Positions 10,291 through 20,530 of a DNA stretch of 39,783 nt are shown one piece after another. The DNA is taken from assembly GCA_002269645.1 (NCBI GenBank), contig NIVC01004641.1:1-39783 (forward strand). Reading direction: 5' to 3'. The position numbers and the translations under genes are program-made. Each line of letters begins with the position of its first letter. Position 1 is the first letter of the stretch. Source of the DNA: Macrostomum lignano (lineage: Eukaryota). A model generated the notes under the pieces. That model did not search any database, had not been told where the DNA came from, and worked only from the letters and a program-made list of their open reading frames with translations.

Positions 10291-13200
10291 GAGGTAGAGG
10301 CCAGAGTTTGCCTGACATTCTGCGCAGCACCCTAGCCAACAATATCAATGTTTGCTTCAAATCCTAATTTTACACGAATCTATACTCTATTTTATGTTTA
10401 ACTCCATCCTAACTATTAACAAGTTTTTGTTTGAGTTTGACCTCAGATTTTAGATTACATGCAAAAATAATTCTGGGGAATGGAGTTCCCCGGGTTCAAA
10501 ATCCGCGGGTTTCAACAGCTTGTAATGTAATATAATTAACTTAAATATAATATCAGTGTCAGCTAACGATGAAACACTTTCTTTCTTCCTCCGCCCACAT
10601 CAATATATCTCCGTGTCCCCCTGTAGCCACGCTACTGCATTACATCCAGAGGTCCGCGTTCTAACCGCATTATTCACAGTAGGTAGAAAAAAATACATAT
10701 TTAATACTGTAAGAACTAAGAACAGTACTAACGTATTGTATGGTAAGAGAAGTCTTTATTGTAACCTTTGTGCATGAGAATTTTTCCACTGAAATGCTAG
10801 GCCTATCTAGCCTATCTTCCTGGCTGTATGCCTGTATCATATTCATATGGTCTAGTCTGACTAAATCAGTATTGTATGGCTACTGTAATGTATGCTAATG
10901 CTAGATTTGATTTAGGAAAAACTCACTTCATGTATTACTAATTCTTTTTTAATTACTTAGGCCTAGGGCCCTAGGCTATACTATTACTAGACACATTCCA
11001 TAGTCATCATAAGCTGTCTTATTGAATTATGGTTACTTTGGTGCCAAATGTGTATAGTATAGAGCATTGCTGCCAAAAATAGGGAGTCTAGTGAGATGTT
11101 AATTTTTTTAATTTGTCTCTTTTTTGATACCATGGCATGTGATAGACATTTATTGTATAAGTAAAATGAAACCTTAGTTTTGAATTTTGGTCAAGTAATA
11201 AAAAAGTTTGAACACTTTTAATGTCATATTTTTTTTAATTTCTATAGCCATGTGACGTTGATGGTTTCTTTTGTCTTGCCAGTTTGTCAGTTGGTAGCTC
11301 GTATCAGCTGGGAATATTTAATGTGTAATCTGGTTATTTCAATGAGTTGTATTTTTATGTTTGCTGACAATGGTTGGGACTTTGTTTTACTGGGTTGGCA
11401 ATACTTTATTTAACATTTGAATTCTGTGGCTTTGGAGAAGAGGGATCTAGGGTTCGTGCTTGTCTGTTAAAACTACCGCTTGCAAGTTCATTTTTTCAAT
11501 CATTATTAAAGAATGCTTCCCGCTAGATCTTAAACTGCATTCAGTCTAAGTACCGTGTTCTCCCACAAGATCATATCTTCCAAAGCCACCCCACCTGATC
11601 CGTTACTTTGCTATCAGTTGCAAGCGAATATTATACTTCTTCCAACCGTGTTTGAGAGAAAAAATACAAATAATCCAATAATCGGCCAGTTGTCATCAAT
11701 CAATCAAGGTTCTACGTGTTTGTCGCTAATTTGAATACATGTAGCAGCCCGTCAGCACGTGAACTCTTACATCAGATCAGATATATTTGTCACAGCCATA
11801 GGCCTAATGGCTAATGCAATTTCCTATAAGGCACTATGAACATTTTTTCCTTAAGAGGTCTGATTTTTCAAGTTATAGGCCTAAAGGATATAACTTTTGA
11901 ACTAGGCCCCTATTCAGGGGATTTTCATTCCTAATAGTAATGTCAATAGTAAGAGGCCTAGTGTGTGGATCATGTACCTGTGTATGCTGGAAAAAATTTG
12001 GGTGTCAAGGACTTTGTATGCCAGTGAATGCCAAAAAACAAAAAGTTGCACTAATGTACACCAAAAAATTTTAAAAAAGGTCATCCGGTTTTTACAAATA
12101 GAGTTTTCTAAGAAAGGCTTTTGTATGAAAAGTGTTTTTAAAATATTACAAATATTTTTAAATTAAACAAACTTAAATTATAACTACAAAAAATATGATG
12201 CAAAATTAATACTCTTAGCAAAAATTTACACTAATTTTATTTATTATTAATTTAAAAGAAGCAAAAAGTTTATCACTGACAATATAAATTTTCCTTTACT
12301 TTTGAGGTGGGGGCGATTTAGACTTGGTTGTGGTCGGGATTGTCTGGTGTTCACTTGATTTAATGTCAAATTTGAATGGCTCAGGCCTCTGAATAGGCGC
12401 CATTGTTATTTCGCACAAATTAAATCCAGAAAATTTGCGTGGGCAAATCCCGATAGAAACAACTCGTAGATACTCCGTCTGCTGGGGTCCTCAATCCCGG
12501 GGGGAAGGTAGTTTTGGTCGTAGGCAAGCGGTCTTCGTTTGGCGCGAGCGTTCAAATGGGGGGTCCTTAGACACTGTAAATTTAATGTGTCTCGTATTCT
12601 TGTTGTGTTACTAACAGTAGAGTAGCGCTGCCACCACCGTAATTTGCATATTACGGAACGTTGAAAAGTCTCAGAGCTTGCTTCAAGGTGAGACTGGGTT
12701 ATTTTATGCCCCACGGGCAAATGACTTAAGTTAATCTATGGCTTTTAATCGAAGAACGGATTGTAGTAAATTAATGCGAGTTTATTGCTTAACGAGTTAT
12801 TACAAAAGACAGCTAAAATATTATACTATGTCTCACGCGTGTAAATTAAGAGACAACTGACGACAGATGATCAGGGGTGCCGCAGTGCGGACCTTCGCTT
12901 AAAGAAAAGTTAAACTAAATTAGTTTTTGGTCAGGCAGTAGTTAGTTGAGTTATCTTAAAGTTATTAAACTAGTAAAAAGGAAATCCCTGAAGGAAGTTA
13001 TAGAGGGACGTCACAGACGGAGACAGGGAGGCAAAGGCGAAGGGGGAAAAGAAGAAGACGAAGAAGAAGACGAACAAACAAAACGAAACGAAAATGCAAC
13101 GCATGAGGAGAGGGCAGGCGCAAGGGGTGGGAATAAATACCCGGAGACAGGACACAAAAAGGCTGGCAAGGCCCAGAAACTGGGGAGGGGTGAAAACTCA

Positions 13201-14196
13201 AAAGGCCAAAAAAGGATTCAACAAAATTACCCCAGAAATACATAGTAAAACAAAAGAAAAACACAATTTGGTCATATAGCGCCAGAAAATGGGGCAAGGG
13301 GGAACAGAAAGGGGGCAAAATTACGTCATGACTTGCACCAGGGAGTAGACTAACGGGGACCAGAATAGGGTACGCATAATTTTATCGTCCAGAAACTGTA
13401 ATGTTATTAAAATCAATAAAATAATTAAAATCAATCAAATAATCAATTGGTGGTACCCAACTACCACATGCTTTATTTTATAAATTTAGTACACAATAGA
13501 TTTTGACCAAGTTTAACTTGTTTCATACTTGGTTGCACAATTTAAACAGTCAGACACTTATCAGAAAGCAGAATTTATCAGCTTTTTGGTTTATATTATG
13601 GCTTTGTTATATTATTTATTATTTTTATTTTGTTCACTTTTTAAGTTGATACCTTTTTTATTTTTCCCACATTGTATATAGCTCACAAGACTTGCTACCA
13701 AGAATTCAGAGTAAAATAAAAAGCCTTAGTCTATGCTAGTGTGTTGCTGCTTCCTAAGTTCTTGAAGATGTTCCTAGAAATATAACTCGCTGCTCCGGAA
13801 GTAGCTAGATAGTATTGTAGTACTACTTATCGATTTGCCTAAAAAGGAACCTAAAATGTTAGCCTTAGACTTGGTAGGGTTGCTGCCACCTTGGTAGGTG
13901 GACTTGACGTGTTGGCAGAGTTATCTATCCATCATCTGAAATAAAATAATGAAGTCATTCGGAGCAAGGCAAATCTGAAAAATGTCTTGACAGTTGATCA
14001 TTCCTGAAGGTGCTGCTCAATCCTGAAATGAGAGAGGAGAGCTTGGAGGCAAAGAGGCAGCTCCAGTTGAGCCCAGGCAAGACAACGCAATCAAACAAGG
14101 TGCGGCAGCCCGGGGGCACAGTCTGGAGAAAAACAGCTCTCAGGTGCTCCATATTTATAGGTGAATGTGTGAAACTTCCTTATTTGGTCATCATAA

Positions 14197-14600
14197 TGTA
14201 ACCCTATTACTCAGCAGTGGCGTGACTCAAGGTCAGCAGCCACGCTTAACATGCGTACACAGTCACATGCTTATATTGTGCTAAAAATAGAACTTGGGTG
14301 GATGACTCATCCTGTTTACTCCTAGGCAACCACTATACCCCGCGTAGTTGATGAGTCATCCTGCTATGCCTCTTCAGCACAAGTGGGAAGACATTATGTG
14401 TGGCTGTCCACACCTGCTCAGGCAATGAGTCATTGGGCAGTAAACACTTCAGCCCAACTCTCTCTCTAGATCAGGTGGATTGAGACTCTGTGCAGTGGAT
14501 CACAGAGCTCTTAGGGAAAGCTAGTGAATGCTGCTGAATAGCCAGTTAGCAGCCAGTCACTACACTCTCCCTGTCCAAATTAAATTGTGCAGCAACAACA
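14197..14600 (+). mobile_element. Probable solo LTR (404 bp)
   Basis: Starts TGTAAC and ends CAACA; ATAA on both sides (14193-14196, 14601-14604); ATTAAA at 14579-14584 near the 3' end; no adjacent internal domain. A 4-bp match could be chance. Confidence 0.55.
14223..14432. promoter_or_regulatory. Cluster of four AP-1/TRE motifs, TGA(C/G)TCA
   Basis: Exact sites at 14223-14229, 14303-14309, 14352-14358 and 14426-14432; the last three extend to ATGA(C/G)TCAT. Function is inferred. Confidence 0.55.
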
Positions 14601-14682
14601 ATAATTCAATTTATTTAAAACTCTTCGTGGTAATAATTTTAGTCTGATTCAGCAAAAAAATTAAACAAACAAACAGGCAACT

Positions 14683-14949
14683 TGTGGCGGACAAGTGCAA
14701 GCACACCTGAAGACGGCCGTTTAGATGCCCTCGCGCTCCCTGCTCATCACGCCGCGTCTATGCGCCACCAACCCCGGAGATTAGGGGTGGGGGTTCGCCC
14801 ACCCAGCCTGAGCTACGTGGGGGTTGGGGTTGACTGACTAACTAGCGCGTTGGCCTATTTAACCTGATTGTGCGCAGACGCTTGTAAGAACCTTTTGCTC
14901 TCCGCAAATACAATTTCAAGTCTGCACGCAGTAGCTACTGCCCGCTTCA
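14683..14949 (+). repeat. 5' LTR
   Basis: TGTGGCGG...CCGCTTCA; no difference from 18770-19036 seen by eye; TATA-like TATTTAA inside. Confidence 0.97.
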
Positions 14950-14950
14950 T

Positions 14951-14963
14951 TGGTGAGCCCGAC
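14951..14963 (+). promoter_or_regulatory. Primer-binding site, tRNA-Trp-like
   Basis: TGGTGAGCCCGAC one base after the LTR; 12/13 match to TGGTGACCCCGAC, the complement of the common animal tRNA-Trp 3' end used by CsRn1-clade elements. Confidence 0.75.
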
Positions 14964-14985
14964 AACCCGCCATTTCGTCTAACAC

Positions 14986-15690
14986 ATGGCGCCACCCACT
15001 GAGTCAACTGTTGCACTCAAGCTGCCCACGTTTTGGGCCATGCAGCCACGCGCGTGGTTCATCCAGGCAGAGGCCCAGTTCCAGCTGCGCGGCATCACCC
15101 AGGACGACACCAAGTATCACCACTTGGTCGCCTCGCTTGATCAACAAACCGCCGAGCGCCTGCTGGACGTTCTGGAAAGCCCTCCGAGCGAGGACAAATA
15201 CGGCAAACTGAAAGGGCGCCTGCTCGGCACTTTCAGTCTCACCCGGCAGCAGCGAGCTAGCCGTTTGCTCAGCATGTCCGGCCTGGGAGATCGCCGGCCG
15301 TCCGAGATGATGGACGAGATGCTGGCCCTGCTTGGTGATCACCGGCCTTGCCTGCTCTTTGAGGAGCTGTTCCGCCAGCAGCTGCCCGTGGACATCCGGA
15401 TGGCGCTCGCATCCGCCGACTTCGAAGACCCCCGGACAGTCGCGCAGCTCGCCGACCAGCTCTGGGCCAGCCGTCCCCAGCCAGTGGCCGCTTCCGCCCA
15501 GTTGGCAGGTCCGCCGGAGGTTTGCGCTGCGCGTCAGGCTGCGCGTCCCCGCACCACGTCGCCCCGGCCTGTGCACCGCGGCACCCGCGCCCAGGAGCTG
15601 TGCTACTTCCACCGCAAGTTCGGCGCGAAGGCTAGGCAATGCGAGCAGCCCTGCAGCTTTCCGGGAAACGGGCCGGCCGGCCGCCAGTGA
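14986..15690 (+). CDS. gag: Retrotransposon Gag (234 aa), CsRn1 type
   Basis: KLPTFW..QPRAWF.QAEAQF.LRGIT.D.TKY N-terminus and the CHCC motif [18 protein letters not shown]. Confidence 0.93.
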   Translation: MAPPTESTVALKLPTFWAMQPRAWFIQAEAQFQLRGITQDDTKYHHLVASLDQQTAERLLDVLESPPSEDKYGKLKGRLLGTFSLTRQQRASRLLSMSGLGDRRPSEMMDEMLALLGDHRPCLLFEELFRQQLPVDIRMALASADFEDPRTVAQLADQLWASRPQPVAASAQLAGPPEVCAARQAARPRTTSPRPVHRGTRAQELCYFHRKFGAKARQCEQPCSFPGNGPAGRQ

Positions 15691-18600
15691 CCATCGCGGC
15701 GGCCGGCAACCTGCTGCTCATCCCCGACGTCCCATCCGGCCGGCGGTTCCTGGTGGACACAGGCGCCGAGGTAAGCATTTTCCCAGCCTCTGCAGATGAT
15801 GCCCGCGCCCGTTCACCTGGCCCGCCGCTGTTCGCCGCGAACGGCACCCGCATCCGAACCTTCGGCGGCCGCAGCATCACACTGGACGTCGGCCTGAAGA
15901 CCTGCACCTGGCCATTCGTGTTGGCTGAGGTCTCCCGGCCGTTGATCGGCGCCGACTTCCTGCGCCACCACGGCCTGCTGGTGGACCTGCCCAACCGCCG
16001 CCTTCTGGACGCCGCCTCCCTGGCCAGTGTGCAATTGCTGGCTGGCTCCGGTTCTGCGCCTCAGCTCGCCGCCGCGGTTGCCAGGGACCCGTACAGCCGG
16101 TTGCTGGCGGAGTTCCCCAGCATCACGGAGCCCAGTTTCAGCAAAGCCACGCCGCGGCACGGCGTGGAGCACTACATCCCGACGACGGGCCCGCCGGTGC
16201 ACGCTAGAGCGCGCCGCCTGCCGCCCGACAAGCTGGCCGCGGCCAAGGAAGAGTTTCGCAACCTGGAGCAGCTCGGCATTGTGCGGCGGTCCAGCAGCCC
16301 CTGGTCCTCGCCGCTGCACATGGTGCCCAAGACTTCCGGCGGTTGGCGGCCCTGCGGCGATTTCCGGCGGCTCAATGACGCCACGGTGCCCGACCGCTAC
16401 CCCGTGCCGCATATCCAGGATTTCTCAGCGCGCCTGAGCGGCTGCACAGTGTTCTCGAAGATCGACCTGGTGCGGGGCTACCACCAGATCCCGGTCGCGC
16501 AAACGGACATCCCGAAGACCGCCGTCATTACACCGTTTGGGTTGTTTGAGTTCCTCCGCATGCCGTTCGGGTTGAAAAATGCGGCACAGGCCTTCCAGCG
16601 GTTAGTAGATTCTATCTGCCAGGACCTGCCGGCCGTCTTCGCGTACATCGACGATTTCCTGGTCGCCAGCAGCAGCCCCGAGCAGCACGAGGAGCACCTG
16701 CGGAAGCTGTTCCAGCGCCTCGCCGACAACGGCCTGTTGCTCAACCCAGCCAAGTGCCAGTTTGGCCGCAGCGAGATCGATTTCCTCGGCCACAGGATCA
16801 GCGCTGCGGGCGCCATGCCGCTGCCGGACAAGGTCGACGCAGTCGCCAGGTTCGCGCCGCCCACGACGGTGAAGGGTCTCCAGGAGTTTGCCGGCATGGT
16901 GAACTTCTATCACCGCTTCGTGCCCCGCGCAGCCCGGTTGCTGCGCCCGATCTACCAGGCCATGGCCGGCAAGGAGAAGCTGGTGCGGTGGACGCCGGAG
17001 CTGACCGAGGCCTTCGACAAGACCAAGCAGGCGCTGGCCGACGCGACCATGCTGGCGCACCCCAGGCCCGACGCGCCGCTGGCCCTCACCGTAGATGCTT
17101 CTGACACCGCCGTGGGCGCCGTCCTCGAGCAGCGTGTCGGCCCCGCCTGGCAGCCGCTCGCATTCTTCAGCCGGCAGTTGCGACCTGCGGAGGTAAAGTA
17201 CAGTGCCTTCGACCGCGAGCTCCTGGCACTGTACCTAGCGGTCCGCCACTTCCGTTACCTCCTTGAGGGGCGCCACTTCACAGCCTACACGGACCACAAG
17301 CCGTTGGCCGCCGCCATGGCCAAGCTGTCCGACCCGTGGTCCGCTCGGCAGCAGCGGCACCTGGCGTACGTGAGCGAATTCACCACGGACGTCCAGCACA
17401 TCGCCGGCAAGAACAATCCGGTGGCCGACGCGCTGTCCCGCTGCACCGTGGCCAGCGTGCTACCCGGCATCGATTTTGCAGCGATGTCGCAGGCCCAGCA
17501 TGCCCCGACCGAGTTGCCGCCGCCCGGCTCCGGCCTCCGACTGGAGCGCGTGACCCTCCGCCCAGGCCTGGAGCTGCTCTGCGACGTCTCCACCGGCCAT
17601 CCCCGCCCGCTGGTGCCGCCCGAATTTCGACGGCCGGTGTTCGACGCCATCCACGGCCTTGCGCACCCATCAATCCGCAGCTCCCGCCGCCTCGTTGCAG
17701 ACCGTTTCGTCTGGCCCGGCCTCAACCGCGACGTCGGCCGTTGGGCTCGCAGCTGCCTCGCCTGCCAGACGACTAAGGTCCAGCAGCATGTTGTCAGCCC
17801 GCCAGACAGCATCCCGGTGCCCCGCGACCGCTTCGCGCACGTGCACATCGACCTGGTGGGCCCGCTTCCGCACTCTCAAGGGTGCTCGCACCTGCTGACC
17901 GTTGTCGACCGGTTCACGCGTTGGCCGGAAGCAATTCCGCTGGCAGACACGTCCGCCGCTACCTGTGCGGCCGCATTCATCGCGCACTGGATTGCCCGTT
18001 TCGGTGTGCCAAGCGACCTCACGTCAGACCGCGGCCCGCAGTTCACCTCGGAGCTGTGGTCCAACGTGTCCCGCTTGCTTGGCACGCAGCTGCACCAGAC
18101 GACGGCCTTCCACCCACAGGCCAACGGGCTTGTGGAGCGGTTCCACCGGCAGCTCAAGGCTTCCCTGATGGCGCGGCTGACGGGGCCGTCCTGGACTGCC
18201 GAGCTGCCCTGGGTGTTGCTCGGCATCCGCACCGCTCCCAAGGAGGATCTCGGCACGTCATCGGCGGAGTTGGTGTACGGAGTCCCACTGGCGGTGCCGG
18301 GCGAGTGTCTGCAGACCAGCTCGCCTACGGGCCATGACGGGTTCCTCGCGCGCCTGCGCCAGGCCGTGCAGGCTTTCCGCCCGCCACCGACCTCCCAGCA
18401 TGGCCGCCGCCCCACCGCCTTGCCTGCTGTCTTGGACACCTGCACGCACGTCTTCGTCCGCCGCGGCGGGCACCGACCGGCGCTGCAACCGCCTTATCTA
18501 GGTCCCTTCAAGGTGCTGGAGCGCGGCGCTAAGGCTTTCCTCCTCGACCTCGTCACTAGGCGGGACTTCGTGTCGGTGGACCGGCTCAAGCCAGCGGCGC

Positions 18601-18797
18601 TTGACCCTGCGAGCCCGGTTTCGACGCCTCAAATTCGGCCAAGGGGGCGCCCACCGCGTGAGCCCACCGTCCCGGGCGCCGCGACGGCCGAACCGCCGCG
18701 CCCGCCGCGGCGCCGCCAGCCACGCCGCCGTTGCCGTCGAGTACCGGAGGCCACCGCTGGGGGGAGCCGTGTGGCGGACAAGTGCAAGCACACCTGA
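15639..18797 (+). CDS. pol: Pol polyprotein (protease, RT, RNase H, integrase); most likely made as a Gag-Pol fusion, so the listed start is nominal
   Basis: [10 protein letters not shown] (protease); [23 protein letters not shown] (RT); VDASD.AVGAVL, YTDHKPL (RNase H); HGLAH...[26 protein letters not shown] (integrase); PYLGPF (GPY/F). No internal stop. Confidence 0.96.
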   Translation: MRAALQLSGKRAGRPPVTIAAAGNLLLIPDVPSGRRFLVDTGAEVSIFPASADDARARSPGPPLFAANGTRIRTFGGRSITLDVGLKTCTWPFVLAEVSRPLIGADFLRHHGLLVDLPNRRLLDAASLASVQLLAGSGSAPQLAAAVARDPYSRLLAEFPSITEPSFSKATPRHGVEHYIPTTGPPVHARARRLPPDKLAAAKEEFRNLEQLGIVRRSSSPWSSPLHMVPKTSGGWRPCGDFRRLNDATVPDRYPVPHIQDFSARLSGCTVFSKIDLVRGYHQIPVAQTDIPKTAVITPFGLFEFLRMPFGLKNAAQAFQRLVDSICQDLPAVFAYIDDFLVASSSPEQHEEHLRKLFQRLADNGLLLNPAKCQFGRSEIDFLGHRISAAGAMPLPDKVDAVARFAPPTTVKGLQEFAGMVNFYHRFVPRAARLLRPIYQAMAGKEKLVRWTPELTEAFDKTKQALADATMLAHPRPDAPLALTVDASDTAVGAVLEQRVGPAWQPLAFFSRQLRPAEVKYSAFDRELLALYLAVRHFRYLLEGRHFTAYTDHKPLAAAMAKLSDPWSARQQRHLAYVSEFTTDVQHIAGKNNPVADALSRCTVASVLPGIDFAAMSQAQHAPTELPPPGSGLRLERVTLRPGLELLCDVSTGHPRPLVPPEFRRPVFDAIHGLAHPSIRSSRRLVADRFVWPGLNRDVGRWARSCLACQTTKVQQHVVSPPDSIPVPRDRFAHVHIDLVGPLPHSQGCSHLLTVVDRFTRWPEAIPLADTSAATCAAAFIAHWIARFGVPSDLTSDRGPQFTSELWSNVSRLLGTQLHQTTAFHPQANGLVERFHRQLKASLMARLTGPSWTAELPWVLLGIRTAPKEDLGTSSAELVYGVPLAVPGECLQTSSPTGHDGFLARLRQAVQAFRPPPTSQHGRRPTALPAVLDTCTHVFVRRGGHRPALQPPYLGPFKVLERGAKAFLLDLVTRRDFVSVDRLKPAALDPASPVSTPQIRPRGRPPREPTVPGAATAEPPRPPRRRQPRRRCRRVPEATAGGSRVADKCKHT
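15663..15707 (+). other. Programmed -1 ribosomal frameshift signal (slippery heptamer plus stem-loop)
   Basis: G GGA AAC at 15663-15669 is in X XXY YYZ phase with gag. After a 6-nt spacer, GCCGGCCGCC (15676-15685) pairs perfectly with GGCGGCCGGC (15698-15707) around a 12-nt loop. The pol frame is -1. Confidence 0.85.
18758..18769 (+). promoter_or_regulatory. Polypurine tract
   Basis: TGGGGGGAGCCG directly before the 3' LTR. Confidence 0.8.
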
Positions 18798-19036
18798 AGA
18801 CGGCCGTTTAGATGCCCTCGCGCTCCCTGCTCATCACGCCGCGTCTATGCGCCACCAACCCCGGAGATTAGGGGTGGGGGTTCGCCCACCCAGCCTGAGC
18901 TACGTGGGGGTTGGGGTTGACTGACTAACTAGCGCGTTGGCCTATTTAACCTGATTGTGCGCAGACGCTTGTAAGAACCTTTTGCTCTCCGCAAATACAA
19001 TTTCAAGTCTGCACGCAGTAGCTACTGCCCGCTTCA
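18770..19036 (+). repeat. 3' LTR
   Basis: 267 bp, same sequence as the 5' LTR by eye, followed by TSD AACT. Confidence 0.97.
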
Positions 19037-19169
19037 AACTTGTATTTTATAATATTATAAAGTTTCAGAAAGTTTGGAGTTGATGGTTAATAGTAATAAG
19101 CGATTGTACACTAGATAGTCATGGAATACGATTTCGAGTTACAGCTACCAATCACTGTCACTGTCGCTT

Positions 19170-19506
19170 CTATCGCTGGATGCGTCCACAGATTGATTGC
19201 TGGCTCATGCATTTGCCATTTACGGAGATGCATTTTTGGTAGTGCTCAATCAGCTTGTCGAAGCCAGACTCCCAGAAGCTGGCATCGAACCAACGCAGAG
19301 ACTTGTTGGCTGCTTCAATGACCTCCTTGCACGTTGTGAAGATCTCGCCACACATTGGCATCTTCATTGGGCCAAAGAACACCAAAAGCAAGATGCACCT
19401 CATCAAAGGTCTGTGTCGCTGTTTTGCCCTCTCGTTGGCATTCCATGATAAAGTGGCGCTGGCTTTCCTTAGACCCGAACTCCGATGGATTCTTCGGTCG
19501 ACTCAT
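19170..19506 (-). pseudogene. Internally deleted mariner transposase (N-terminal HTH joined to C-terminal tail)
   Basis: QRHFIMECQREGKTATQTFDEVHLAFG resembles the mariner N-terminal HTH. In a shifted frame, FFGPMK..MCGEIFTTCKEVIEA....FDASFWESGFDKLIEHYQKCISVNG resembles the mariner C-terminus (LFGPLK..L.G..F; GI.KL..RW.KCI...G). The DD34D core is absent. Confidence 0.8.
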
Positions 19507-19763
19507 TTTCGCTCACTTTTGGTTTGTGAAAAATCGTGTCAACAGCTTCAAAGGGTTGCAACCTATTTTGTTCCCTTTTGTCTATGGTTTCCGGCATTCA
19601 TACTTGCGGTAACAATTTAATTGTTTGTCGGCTTTTTTCGATTGTTGCCGGATTTCAGACGAATGTATTTGGCTATCAAAACAAGGAACAACAATAGCAA
19701 CACGGCGAAATTGTTTCATAGTCACAAAAAGTTCTTAAGAACAAACCGATCGAATCAATTGTT

Positions 19764-20200
19764 TTACTTTCCGTAAAAGTTGAATGTGCAGTTGTGGAAC
19801 TGACCACCACAGAGGCTTCTCGGCAGGTCTTGGCCGCCCTCGGGTGCTTTCATCAGCTCGCCTCTATCAGACCCAGTTGTCACACTTTCGATGGTGGATT
19901 CCGCATCGTCGTCAATCTTGGTGACTTTGGACCCATAGGCAGCCAGACAAGCGCTCATTCGGGCCACACAGTCCATGTCTCGCCGCTTGTATACATCCAC
20001 TGAGCTCGAATTCTTGTGTCCCGTCATTAGTGTAATCGCTTGATTATCGAAACCGGCCTTGGCCAAACTCTCGGGTGACAAAAGCCAACTCGTCCGTGGA
20101 GAGTCCACATATTTCTCCGCCAGGAATGTTTGCGTAGCGAATCATAGCTACTTTTCCTATTTGCACTCCGAATAGGAGAATTAATTCAAGCTCAAAATCA
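19764..20200 (-). pseudogene. Tyrosine recombinase C-terminal fragment, Crypton-like
   Basis: LAKAGFDNQAITLMTGHKNSSSVDVYKR matches the L..AG...I...TGH.S..S...Y catalytic segment. A frameshifted TLHG-R motif and SPI-G lie upstream, and the tail ends in FHNCTFNF, typical of Crypton-type YRs. Confidence 0.7.
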
Positions 20201-20249
20201 ACTTGAGAATTAACTCATGGCAGCCAGGCTAGCTGTCTTCACTGTCCTT

Positions 20250-20346
20250 TAAATTTGCCATAAACGATTAATTATCTCTACAACCCTTTCATTTAGAGAG
20301 CAACTAAATTTGCCATAGACGATTGATTATCTCTACAACCCTTTCA
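20250..20346. repeat. 42-bp direct repeat (20250-20291 and 20305-20346)
   Basis: TAAATTTGCCATA(A/G)ACGATT(A/G)ATTATCTCTACAACCCTTTCA, 2 mismatches. Confidence 0.9.
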
Positions 20347-20441
20347 AAGCGCATTCCGGCAACAATCGCATTTCATACTCAGCATCCGCACTATGTCTGG
20401 GCCATAGACAAGGGAAGTCAAAAGGGTACAATAATGACATG

Positions 20442-20530
20442 TACCGATTTTTTTCGGCAGCAATTGCGTAAGCTGAAGCCGCGTAGCGGCTGAAGCTTAG
20501 TAGAGCAATTGCTGCCGAAAAAAATCGGTA
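20442..20530. repeat. Perfect 26-bp inverted repeat with a 37-nt spacer (fold-back)
   Basis: TACCGATTTTTTTCGGCAGCAATTGC (20442-20467) and GCAATTGCTGCCGAAAAAAATCGGTA (20505-20530). Confidence 0.92.

Larger units (their letters stand above)
14683..19036 (+). mobile_element. Full-length Ty3/Gypsy LTR retrotransposon, CsRn1 clade, apparently intact
   Basis: Two 267-bp TG...CA LTRs, 4-bp TSD AACT (14679-14682, 19037-19040), PBS, PPT, gag with CHCC motif and an uninterrupted PR-RT-RH-INT pol. Confidence 0.97.

Noticed and set aside
8740-10360. Long Ser/Leu-rich ORFs (421 and 496 aa)
   Set aside because: Artefacts of the AG-rich tract, whose reverse strand lacks stop codons.
12406-13318. 104-aa ORF and adjacent purine-rich ORFs, considered as a viral or TE fragment
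   Set aside because: Non-ATG starts, compositional bias and no diagnostic motif.
15004-18924. Many overlapping and antisense ORFs within the retrotransposon
   Set aside because: Shadow ORFs expected from GC3-rich coding DNA; no recognisable motifs.
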